The notes below the pieces were generated by a model. The model was given only the letters and a program-made list of their open reading frames with translations. It was not told the DNA's origin and made no database searches. Of a stretch of DNA of 52,263 bases, positions 9,894 to 18,064 are shown piece after piece. Position 1 is the first letter of the stretch, and each line of letters opens with the position of its first letter. Source of the stretch: a virus (lineage: Duplodnaviria; Caudoviricetes); the IMG/VR virus record IMGVR_UViG_3300027712_000046, positions 1-52,263 of that record; one strand, written 5' to 3'. The position numbers and the translations under genes are program-made.

Positions 9894-9921
9894 ATTTTAG
9901 CGAAAAGTTTGAGGATGTCAA
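9894..9921 (-). promoter_or_regulatory. Sigma70-type (early) promoter of the HNH gene
   Basis: TTGACA-N16-TAAAAT-N6-ATG. Confidence 0.7.
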
Positions 9922-9996
9922 GTCTCATTATTTAGTAGATTTAATGTTAAATTCTAACCCCAACCCAACGATCAAATTTCAATTAAATATTAATGA

Positions 9997-10737
9997 ATGA
10001 GCACAAAACGTTCTACGCGCAAGCGTAAAGAAAATGATGAAATTGAAATCGATTTTATAGATGCCTATAAGAAAAATTTTAATTTGGGCAACATGAAACT
10101 AAAAAAACAATTCCCGTTGACACCTAATCAAAAAAAGTGTTATTATACAATCAATAATCAAAATACCAATATGGTGTTTATTGATGGGTTGGCAGGAACC
10201 AACAAAACATATCTATCTGTATATGCGGCAATAGAGCACTTAAAAGAAGGCAAAGTTGACCAAATTATTTATATTAGATCGGTTGTTGAAAGTTCATCCA
10301 GAAGTATTGGAGCTTTACCCGGTGAATTGGACGATAAATTTGGTCCATATACTATGCCATTGATGGATAAGTTGCATGAAATTGTTGATGACGCAATGTG
10401 CGGTCAATTAATGTCCAACAACTATATCAAAGCAATTCCAGTAAACTTTGTTAGAGGTCTTACTTTTCACAATTCATTTGTCATTGTTGACGAAGCTCAA
10501 AATATGAGTCGTGGTGAATTGGCTACTATTCTTACCCGTTTCGGACGAAACACCAAGTATATTATATGTGGAGATGCTAGACAGGCTGATATAAGAGATT
10601 CTGGATTTGAAAAGGTTCATCAATTGTTTGATACCGAACACTCTATCAAGAATAATATTCATTGCGTTAAATTTGACGCAGATGATGTTGTTCGTAGTCC
10701 ACTATTGAAACATATTACCCAAGTGCTGGGGGTTTAA
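9997..10737 (+). CDS. phoH: PhoH-family ATPase
   Basis: TPNQ, GLAGTNKT (Walker A variant), IGALPG, RGLTF, IVDEAQN, TRFG, GDARQAD and DVVRS motifs. Confidence 0.93.
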   Translation: MSTKRSTRKRKENDEIEIDFIDAYKKNFNLGNMKLKKQFPLTPNQKKCYYTINNQNTNMVFIDGLAGTNKTYLSVYAAIEHLKEGKVDQIIYIRSVVESSSRSIGALPGELDDKFGPYTMPLMDKLHEIVDDAMCGQLMSNNYIKAIPVNFVRGLTFHNSFVIVDEAQNMSRGELATILTRFGRNTKYIICGDARQADIRDSGFEKVHQLFDTEHSIKNNIHCVKFDADDVVRSPLLKHITQVLGV

Positions 10738-10744
10738 CCCCAGC
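10725..10744. terminator. GC-rich hairpin over the overlapping stop codons of two convergent genes
   Basis: gctgggg-gtttaa-ccccagc. Confidence 0.4.
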
Positions 10745-10994
10745 TTGTTCCAGCAAACCATCCCGCGCCTTTATTGTTTTCGATAGGGGCCGGGATTTTT
10801 TGTCTAACTGGAGGATCGTTTTCGACCACAACATTTTCAGCAAGTTCGATCATCTCAGTAACTCCTGAAATAGCCGCCATTTCGGTAGTTCCTATACATA
10901 CATGTTCACCATCGGTGGCTACAAAGTGCGGCCCAAATTGATCCACATTGACCTTGAAGAATTCATCATTGATTGTTACTATTTCTGCTTTCAC
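10734..10994 (-). CDS. Hypothetical protein
   Basis: GTG start at 10994 inferred from TTGACA(11028-11023)-N16-TATCTT-N6-GTG. Confidence 0.6.
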   Translation of the reverse strand: MKAEIVTINDEFFKVNVDQFGPHFVATDGEHVCIGTTEMAAISGVTEMIELAENVVVENDPPVRQKIPAPIENNKGAGWFAGTSWG

Positions 10995-11035
10995 GTTATG
11001 AAGATAGCACACAACCAAGCGTTGTCAAATTAAAT

Positions 11036-11494
11036 TTACGGACCAGTTACATTTATCATATTTATAGGTGATAATATATTTCCATTCTCATCAACTATAA
11101 CTACTTTTTTGTTATTTCCAGACAAATCAGTTATATTAACATTATATGATTGTTTACCATTAAACACACCTGCATATTTTGGAATTTTATCTGGGTCCAA
11201 TGCCCACTTTTTCTTTTGAAGACCGTTTGCAATTTTATTCATCAGTTTATCAGACATTCCGCCGGGTTCTATTGTATTGCCAGTAGCTGCATTGTAAGCG
11301 CCTGTAACAGTGTTTATCGGTGTCATGTAAAGCTGTCTAGCTTCTGGTGCTACTTTCTGAACGGCATAATCGGCAAGTTTAGCAGCGCCTCCTACAATTT
11401 TACCAAATCTACTGTTTTTAACTTTATTAGCAGTATCTTTTATATTTTGCCAAGTGCCTTCTTCTAATAATTCTTTTTGGGTATATTTTCTCAT
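11036..11494 (-). CDS. Hypothetical late protein, putative internal head protein
   Basis: TAAATA-N5-ATG; N-terminus MRKYTQKELLEE resembles a T4 capsid-targeting / gp21-cleaved leader. Confidence 0.55.
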   Translation of the reverse strand: MRKYTQKELLEEGTWQNIKDTANKVKNSRFGKIVGGAAKLADYAVQKVAPEARQLYMTPINTVTGAYNAATGNTIEPGGMSDKLMNKIANGLQKKKWALDPDKIPKYAGVFNGKQSYNVNITDLSGNNKKVVIVDENGNILSPINMINVTGP

Positions 11495-11495
11495 A

Positions 11496-11951
11496 TTAGT
11501 ATTTAACTTCAATATTTTTATTAGCTATATTATTAAGACTTACATCAATAAGAGCATTTAAATTATTTTCAATAAATTTTTTACCAATAAGAATTTTATG
11601 ATCATTTGTGCTTCTATTTCCAATACTGAATGGAACTTTAGAAAATCTCCTTCCCCCTATTTCAACATCAAATTGAACAACGGGGCGGTCTTCTGTGTTA
11701 CCAGCACCCACATTGATGCTGATAGTCCCAATTACAGGTTTTTCTAATGAAAAATTGTTTACGGTAACAAAACGCACATGCTCTTTATCAGGAGAAATTT
11801 CAATATTTTCTCCGTGTAATACGTTAAAAGCTCCATTGCCGCTGTCTAATTTAGACGCGATTTTTCCAACTCCTTCTAAATCAAAGAGATAAATATCCTC
11901 GATCAAGCCGAGAACATATTTTTCATAGAAAAACTGATTGAATTTTAGCAT
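11496..11951 (-). CDS. Retropepsin-like aspartic protease (RimK-associated 'ATP-dependent Zn protease' family)
   Basis: SKLDSGN..NVLHG catalytic D(S/T)G motif, EDRPVV, FSIGNRS and ILIGKKF. Confidence 0.75.
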   Translation of the reverse strand: MLKFNQFFYEKYVLGLIEDIYLFDLEGVGKIASKLDSGNGAFNVLHGENIEISPDKEHVRFVTVNNFSLEKPVIGTISINVGAGNTEDRPVVQFDVEIGGRRFSKVPFSIGNRSTNDHKILIGKKFIENNLNALIDVSLNNIANKNIEVKY

Positions 11952-11954
11952 ATT

Positions 11955-12419
11955 TCAAAATTCATATTCATCGTCAATGTCCGCGCTGTTTGCATAGTCT
12001 GCCTTTGAACTCACAGAATAGTAAACATCGGAAGCATAATCAGCAGCTTTTGTGATCTTGGCAAGCATCCATTCTTCAAAATCTGATTCCTTTGCGATTT
12101 TTTCCAAACGTTTTGCATATTCACCAAGCTTCTTAAGTTCGGAACATACCATTTCACACAATTCATTTTCTTCATGTTCTAATGTTTCGTGTTCCATGTC
12201 AGCGCCAGTATCGAATGACATGACAACTTCTGGTTCTTCCATGTGTTCATGTTCTGCGTGTTCATGTTCTGCGTGTTCGTGTTCTGCGTGTTCGTGGTCA
12301 GAATAATCTTCTCCCCCGAATCCATTGAGTTGATCCAATGCGTTTTCTTCTTCGTCATCGTATCTACCAACTGCATAGTTCTCCCAAATCAAATTATTAT
12401 CTTTATGTTTAAATTCCAT
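11955..12419 (-). CDS. Hypothetical acidic late protein with His/Glu repeats
   Basis: TAAATA-N5-ATG at 12419; (HEHAE)x3-HEHME; C-terminal EEWMLAKITKAADY helix. Confidence 0.65.
   Translation of the reverse strand: MEFKHKDNNLIWENYAVGRYDDEEENALDQLNGFGGEDYSDHEHAEHEHAEHEHAEHEHMEEPEVVMSFDTGADMEHETLEHEENELCEMVCSELKKLGEYAKRLEKIAKESDFEEWMLAKITKAADYASDVYYSVSSKADYANSADIDDEYEF
12241..12297 (-). repeat. 15-bp tandem repeat encoding HEHAE
   Basis: About 3.5 copies of tgttc(a/g)tgttctgcg. Confidence 0.8.
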
Positions 12420-12441
12420 AGTATTATTTAATGTTTTGATT

Positions 12442-12822
12442 TTAAATTTGATCCAACAACTCAGAAATGCCTTCACCCATATGTGGATTGATGATTTTCA
12501 AGAATTGTTGAAACACTTGTTTTGCGTTGATATTATTTCCACTTGCGAACTGTTCACTCAAATCATTAAGTTGGGTCGCTTCTTCTGTATTTTTAGTATC
12601 AGACATCCACTTGGTCCCCATGTCGATCATGAATTTAACATACATGTTTTCAGAAGCTGCTGTGAACGGCATTTCAGGAGCGGGTGCAGCTGGTGGTTGT
12701 TCTGGAGCAACTTGTTGTTGAGAACCATCATCCATAGGCATATCGCCTTGTTGCATTTCTTCACCTTGCTCTCTGATAAGCCTGATGTGATGTTGAATTA
12801 AAGATAACGTCTTGCTTTTCAT
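12442..12822 (-). CDS. Hypothetical protein (possible head-associated)
   Basis: ORF coupled to the upstream gene; RLIREQ leader and Q/P-rich linker. Confidence 0.55.
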   Translation of the reverse strand: MKSKTLSLIQHHIRLIREQGEEMQQGDMPMDDGSQQQVAPEQPPAAPAPEMPFTAASENMYVKFMIDMGTKWMSDTKNTEEATQLNDLSEQFASGNNINAKQVFQQFLKIINPHMGEGISELLDQI

Positions 12823-13211
12823 ATGTTTGGCTGTGGCTTGTATTTTTCGATTTCCTCGGTTGCTTTGTTGTAATCTTTTAGCATGATAGGTAATTTGTCG
12901 CTCACAGCTTTTAATCTGCTTGCTTTGGCTTGTGCCGCTGCTTGATTACTTTTGGATAATGTTTCAATTGCATCGTCCGCTTCTCCATCTTCTTCTGGCT
13001 TTGCACTTTCAACGGCTCCTTGCGTGATACCATCAAGACGAACCACGAACGTTCTGTTGTTCTCTGGATCATCAATATACAAAGTGCCATCAAGACCATT
13101 GCCGCTATGCAAACCAGCAGCTTTTAAAAGGTGTCTGAACTCATCACGCTGATCTAAATTTTCAACAAGTGTAGGATCATAAGCTTCAATTTTTGAAAGA
13201 AATTTACTCAT
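12819..13211 (-). CDS. Hypothetical late protein
   Basis: TAAATA-N5-ATG at 13211 (MSKFLSKIE...LVE). Confidence 0.6.
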   Translation of the reverse strand: MSKFLSKIEAYDPTLVENLDQRDEFRHLLKAAGLHSGNGLDGTLYIDDPENNRTFVVRLDGITQGAVESAKPEEDGEADDAIETLSKSNQAAAQAKASRLKAVSDKLPIMLKDYNKATEEIEKYKPQPNI

Positions 13212-13219
13212 GTCTGTAT

Positions 13220-13762
13220 TTAGACAAAAAGGCAAAGCTTGTTTGACAACTCATTAAAATAAACATCGTTGAGATAAGTCAGACCATTTTTGTTCAAATA
13301 CTTTTTGATCTGTTTTAACGATTTCAATTTTCTCTCGGTGTTTAAAAACAATTCAACTTGCGATACCGTTTCACAGTCAGATTCTGTGATTTTTGAAAAA
13401 ATCTCATTAAGATCTTTGATTTGTTCAAAAACTGTAAATCCAAAAATAATTTTTAACTTATGAATCAATTTGTTGCGGAACGCATCTTTGGTCAATTGAT
13501 TGCTAAACAGATACAATTTCTCAGTGCGATGTCTATTCTTAATGTATTCTACGAATGTCAGAAGAAATTGTGTGGTGTATAATTTTTTTATATCCCTGTT
13601 TGAAAAATCAAAACTAATGTCAAGATTTAAATTTTTCAACATCTCAGGAAATTCTCGATTGGTTTTTTTAAAAATTTCATCAATGTCTAGTAATTCTTTA
13701 TTACTATCTTCAAAAACTATCGAAAACACCACGCTTTCTAAAACTTCCTTTTCAATATTCAT
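13220..13762 (-). CDS. Hypothetical protein
   Basis: 180-aa ORF tightly packed in a minus-strand run; no motif recognised. Confidence 0.55.
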   Translation of the reverse strand: MNIEKEVLESVVFSIVFEDSNKELLDIDEIFKKTNREFPEMLKNLNLDISFDFSNRDIKKLYTTQFLLTFVEYIKNRHRTEKLYLFSNQLTKDAFRNKLIHKLKIIFGFTVFEQIKDLNEIFSKITESDCETVSQVELFLNTERKLKSLKQIKKYLNKNGLTYLNDVYFNELSNKLCLFV

Positions 13763-13765
13763 GTG

Positions 13766-14197
13766 TTAAAATTTAAAATTTTTGTATTTTTCCTGTAATG
13801 ATTTAGGAACTTTATTGATTCTAACGTTGATTATACCATTGTATGATGAAGTGTCAAACAAAACATTCGCTTTCATTTGTTCATACATTTCAAGAAATTT
13901 CATTTCCCATTGATTTTCACACAGATGCAACACTTTTTTTGTAAAAAAATCAATTCCATATTTCTCCATATCCACCTTTAATTCTTCTGAACTTCCCCAG
14001 TAACTGTCAACATTGTTGTCAACGTAAGATATTCTTGCTCGTTTCTTACCTTTTAATGGTTTTTTCTTTACTCTTTTTAATAATTTTTTACATCCTATAT
14101 AATATTTCTTATCACTATCAGGATGATTATTATTAATAATGTATACAAAACCATGATATTTGGTGGTGTCATCAGGTAAATCAATCCAATTACTCAT
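13766..14197 (-). CDS. Short GIY-YIG nuclease
   Basis: GFVYII...KYYIGCK, YWGSS, conserved E (FLE) and YN motifs. Confidence 0.8.
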   Translation of the reverse strand: MSNWIDLPDDTTKYHGFVYIINNNHPDSDKKYYIGCKKLLKRVKKKPLKGKKRARISYVDNNVDSYWGSSEELKVDMEKYGIDFFTKKVLHLCENQWEMKFLEMYEQMKANVLFDTSSYNGIINVRINKVPKSLQEKYKNFKF

Positions 14198-14325
14198 ATT
14201 GTAATTATGAAATTTAATTCTTATTACAATAATTATAATAAGTATTATATATTATATTATATAATAGTATATTACCAAGCCCACCCACTACAACCCATAA
14301 CTACTTCACTTTTTTAAGTTGTCAA
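14198..14325 (-). other. Non-coding promoter + G-rich tract + AT-rich tract; candidate origin
   Basis: TTGACA at 14325-14320, then (minus strand) gggttgtagtgggtgggcttgg, then ~75 nt almost entirely A/T. Confidence 0.35.
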
Positions 14326-14329
14326 TAGG

Positions 14330-14629
14330 TCAAATAGAACTTTTTTTACTTTTATTGCGTATATTCTTATTCAAATCCTTCACATTACCAGATTGATATA
14401 GTAAAGTATCCTCATATCCTAAATTCCTTCGTTGAACAGTTGGTTTCTTTTTCTTCTTACCACTTTTTACAATTTTGGTATCATCGGGAGCATAAGTGTC
14501 GGCATTTGGTCGTCCCATATCAGTTATTGTAGGAGCTATTGGACCAACAACTTCTCCCGATGTCATTTCATTATACATTGATTCATACAATTTTTGTATT
14601 TCAGCATTATCTTTACTTGACATTGACAT
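14330..14629 (-). CDS. Hypothetical late protein, putative internal head protein
   Basis: TAAATA-N5-ATG; KDNAEIQKLYESMYNE leader; basic C-terminal half. Confidence 0.6.
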   Translation of the reverse strand: MSMSSKDNAEIQKLYESMYNEMTSGEVVGPIAPTITDMGRPNADTYAPDDTKIVKSGKKKKKPTVQRRNLGYEDTLLYQSGNVKDLNKNIRNKSKKSSI

Positions 14630-14655
14630 ATTCTTATTTACAATAACTAATATAA

Positions 14656-15060
14656 ATGAGTCAACAGAATATCAGATTAAAATATGAACAGAGGATAACC
14701 TTATTTGCCAATGACATCAATATTTTAACACTGGGGGATAAATTGAATCAAATCCCCGGAGAGAAATCATATTGGGCCAACGAATTGAGTAAGGTCGAAC
14801 AATCTCTTCGTGGTCTTGAAATGAAAAAGAAGAAATTGATCAGAGAGCTATCCAAAAAACTGTTGGATAACAGTCCTGTTAAATTGAACAAGTCCACATT
14901 CGATAAGATTGAAGAGAGTGAAAACGTGGAAGAATTAAATGAACAGATTGAAGATATCAAATTAACTGTAAAACAGTTAGAACGTATATACGAAACTATT
15001 AAATATAGTGCCAAGGATTTTGAAAATATTCTCAAATTCCACCAATTGGAAATGAACTGA
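14656..15060 (+). CDS. uvsY: Recombination mediator UvsY-like protein
   Basis: 134-aa coiled-coil protein ending like UvsY (FENILKFHQLE), directly upstream of uvsW. Confidence 0.6.
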   Translation: MSQQNIRLKYEQRITLFANDINILTLGDKLNQIPGEKSYWANELSKVEQSLRGLEMKKKKLIRELSKKLLDNSPVKLNKSTFDKIEESENVEELNEQIEDIKLTVKQLERIYETIKYSAKDFENILKFHQLEMN

Positions 15061-16505
15061 TGATAAAGATGCACTACGATACAAAAGCTAGAAAGGGTCA
15101 GATAATATGCGATCCTGCTCAATTGTCGTTAGTGCGTGGAAAATTCAGCGTAAAAAATGAGAACGCTAAGTTTGCTAAAAAATTCAATCGAAAAATACCA
15201 GATAGAAAACACGCTATCGACAATGTTGGGCGATTTGATTTTGGATTGTATAAGGAAATATTACAATTCCTGATAGACAATCAATTTATCAATATCGAAT
15301 ATACTCCAGAGTTCACCGACGCATTGCGATGTGGTATAAGCGTAGATACTGTTTATGATGGCTTTAAATACCCCCACAGGGACTTTCAATTGGAAATGGT
15401 AACACTAGCCTTAAAATACGGCAGAGGCACTTTAAAGAGCGCAACAGGATCGGGAAAAAGCTTTTGTATCGCATCCATCATCGAGAACTTTTGGAGAAAC
15501 AGAACCAACAAGACATTCAAGTGTTTTATTTCAGTTCCCGGAACAAGTTTGGTCAGTCAGTTACAAAACGATTTCGCAGAATATGGAGTTGCTTTTTCTT
15601 ATTCGGGATGGACTGGAAAAGATGAATTGCAAAATACCGAGGTTGTAATTTGTAATAACCAAAATCTAGCATCTAAATTCGATGACAATAAATGGATTTT
15701 GGATGTTGATTTGCTTATTGTCGATGAGTGTCATGGAGTCAAGACAGGTTCCGAATTGACAAAAATAATTTCAAAAATCAAGACACCGAATAAATTCGGG
15801 TTAACAGGAACATTTCCAAGAGATCAATTTGATACATGGAAAATTATTGGAACATTTGGACCTGTGTTGTATGTAAAAACAAGCAAGGAATTGAGAGACG
15901 AAAATGTCTTAACCGATGTAGCCGTTAAGATGATCAGGTTTAAACATCCAAAAAAATCGATCCCGAAAAGGATCAAACGAACGGACAAGTCGCCAACAGA
16001 AGATTATTTGGCTGAATTGTCCTACATTTACAACAACGAATCCAGAAACAATTTTATAAAGAAGATCGTTTCGAAATTACCGAACAATACGCTAGTTTTA
16101 GTCAACCATTTAGAACACGCTGAATTGTTGAATATTTTACTTTCTACAATCACCGACAAAAAAACATTTTTGATCAAAGGAGATGTGGAAGTATCAGATA
16201 GAAATTGCGTTATTCAAGAGCTTGAGACAAACAGTAATATTGTATGTGTGGCTATGAGCAGCATATTTGCAACTGGTATCAATATTAAAAATCTCCACAA
16301 CATCGTGTTCGCATCTGGAGGAAAAAGCTTTATCCGAATAATTCAAGGTATTGGTCGAGGTCTTCGTTTGCACAATAGTAAACAAAAATTAGCAGTCATT
16401 GACCTTTCAGATAATATCCATTATTCAATGGATCATGCTGAATTGAGAAAACAATATTATGAGGACGAACAGTTACCTTGGAAAGAAATAGAAATAATTT
16501 TATGA
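15060..16505 (+). CDS. uvsW: UvsW SF2 DNA helicase
   Basis: RDFQ, ATGSGKS, IVDECH, GLTGT, FATGINIKNLHN and QGIGRGLR motifs. Confidence 0.93.
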   Translation: MIKMHYDTKARKGQIICDPAQLSLVRGKFSVKNENAKFAKKFNRKIPDRKHAIDNVGRFDFGLYKEILQFLIDNQFINIEYTPEFTDALRCGISVDTVYDGFKYPHRDFQLEMVTLALKYGRGTLKSATGSGKSFCIASIIENFWRNRTNKTFKCFISVPGTSLVSQLQNDFAEYGVAFSYSGWTGKDELQNTEVVICNNQNLASKFDDNKWILDVDLLIVDECHGVKTGSELTKIISKIKTPNKFGLTGTFPRDQFDTWKIIGTFGPVLYVKTSKELRDENVLTDVAVKMIRFKHPKKSIPKRIKRTDKSPTEDYLAELSYIYNNESRNNFIKKIVSKLPNNTLVLVNHLEHAELLNILLSTITDKKTFLIKGDVEVSDRNCVIQELETNSNIVCVAMSSIFATGINIKNLHNIVFASGGKSFIRIIQGIGRGLRLHNSKQKLAVIDLSDNIHYSMDHAELRKQYYEDEQLPWKEIEIIL

Positions 16506-17011
16506 AACAAATTGAAACAGTAGATATCCCACTAGATGAAGCCATAATTATCAAGACCGAACCAAAGATTCCTAAAAAGTCATACACGAATGAGTTCATG
16601 GCAGAAATTGAAAAGTATTACGCTACCGATAAGATGACCAATGAATTAGCCAGCCATATTGTTAAAATTGCAGAAGGTCTTAGTTATAATTGGAGGTTTA
16701 TTAATTATACAAATTCTTGGAAAGAAGAAATGGTAGGAGACGCTATCATCAAGATGTATTCGGCATTGGAAGGTAAGAAATATGATGTTACGATTGGATT
16801 CAATCCATTCAGTTATTTCAATCAAATAGCGTGGAATGCATTTACAAATCGAATTAAGAAGGAAAACCGCCAGCATGAAGCATTGCAAGAATACAAGCAA
16901 ATAGTTTATGAGCAAACTATGAATGATTCAGATGCTCATGTTTATGTAAAGCCAAATGGATTCTCGACAGATGATGATGATTCTTGCGATTGTTCATCAT
17001 ATAGCGATTGA
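16502..17011 (+). CDS. 55: Late-transcription sigma factor gp55
   Basis: KIAEGLS..F.NYT.SWKEEMVGD...NPFSYFNQIAWNAFTNRIKKE closely parallels T4 gp55. Confidence 0.9.
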   Translation: MKQIETVDIPLDEAIIIKTEPKIPKKSYTNEFMAEIEKYYATDKMTNELASHIVKIAEGLSYNWRFINYTNSWKEEMVGDAIIKMYSALEGKKYDVTIGFNPFSYFNQIAWNAFTNRIKKENRQHEALQEYKQIVYEQTMNDSDAHVYVKPNGFSTDDDDSCDCSSYSD

Positions 17012-17035
17012 CAAATGAATGCATTATGATTTAAT
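17008..17035 (+). promoter_or_regulatory. Sigma70-type promoter of 47-46
   Basis: TTGACA-N16-TTTAAT-N6-ATG. Confidence 0.6.
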
Positions 17036-17041
17036 ATTGCA

Positions 17042-18064
17042 ATGATTAAAAAAACCAAAGTCGCTATCTTTACCGACTTGCATTTGGGAATTTATGGTAA
17101 TTCCGAAAAATGGCATGAGACGGCATTGAATTGGGCCGACTGGATTGTCTCTGATTTGACCACTAAAAAAATCAGAGACATTTTCTTTTTGGGTGACTTC
17201 TTTGACAACCGAAGTGAAATTAATGTTCAGACTATTCACGTAGCGGCTCAAATTATTGAGAAATTTAAAAGCTTCAATATGTTTATGATTGTGGGCAATC
17301 ATGATGCATATTATAAAAATCGAAGCGATATTCATAGCCTTGGAATGGTCAGAGGTCATGAAAATATCACACTTGTTGATAAAAACTTGGAATTTACAGC
17401 ATTTGACAAGCACTTTTTGTTGGTTCCTTGGAATAATGATATTCCAGATTCCAAATTTGATTATGTGTTTGGACATTTTGAAATTCAAACATTCAAAATG
17501 AATAATTATACGGTTTGCACACACGGTCTTACTCCGATGGATCTATTCAAAACCAAAGCGACTTCTATTTTCAGCGGTCATTTCCACAATAGAAACAGCA
17601 AAAAGTATAAAGAAGGCTCAATTCACTACGTTGGAAGTTGTTTCCCAATGGACTTTTCCGATGTTGGCAACATAAAAGGCTATCATTTGCTTGATGTTGA
17701 AGATGGATCGATTGAGTTTGTTGAAAATACTGTGTCGCCAATATTCACGAAGTTGTTTTTAAGCACGTTGAAAACTATCAACAAAGATACAGTAACGAAT
17801 AACATAGTCAAATTGGTCGTTGATATCGATATTGATGAGAAGAAGCTTGAAAAGCTGGAAGCAGCATTGGGTAAGCTTGGTCCTTGGCAATTTACAGTCG
17901 ATCACAATACAGTCACAGCGACATTAGAAGATGTTGAAAACATTGATTCCATTGACATCAAGGTAATGTTTGATGAATTCTACGAGCAATTAGGATTGAA
18001 AGATGATCAACTCGAACGAGTCAAAAACATAAATAGTGAACTTTTTGAAAAGAATAAGCAATAA
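17042..18064 (+). CDS. 47: Mre11/SbcD-like recombination endonuclease gp47
   Basis: DLHLG, LGDFFD, GNHD, GHFE and SGHFH metallophosphoesterase motifs. Confidence 0.92.
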   Translation: MIKKTKVAIFTDLHLGIYGNSEKWHETALNWADWIVSDLTTKKIRDIFFLGDFFDNRSEINVQTIHVAAQIIEKFKSFNMFMIVGNHDAYYKNRSDIHSLGMVRGHENITLVDKNLEFTAFDKHFLLVPWNNDIPDSKFDYVFGHFEIQTFKMNNYTVCTHGLTPMDLFKTKATSIFSGHFHNRNSKKYKEGSIHYVGSCFPMDFSDVGNIKGYHLLDVEDGSIEFVENTVSPIFTKLFLSTLKTINKDTVTNNIVKLVVDIDIDEKKLEKLEAALGKLGPWQFTVDHNTVTATLEDVENIDSIDIKVMFDEFYEQLGLKDDQLERVKNINSELFEKNKQ

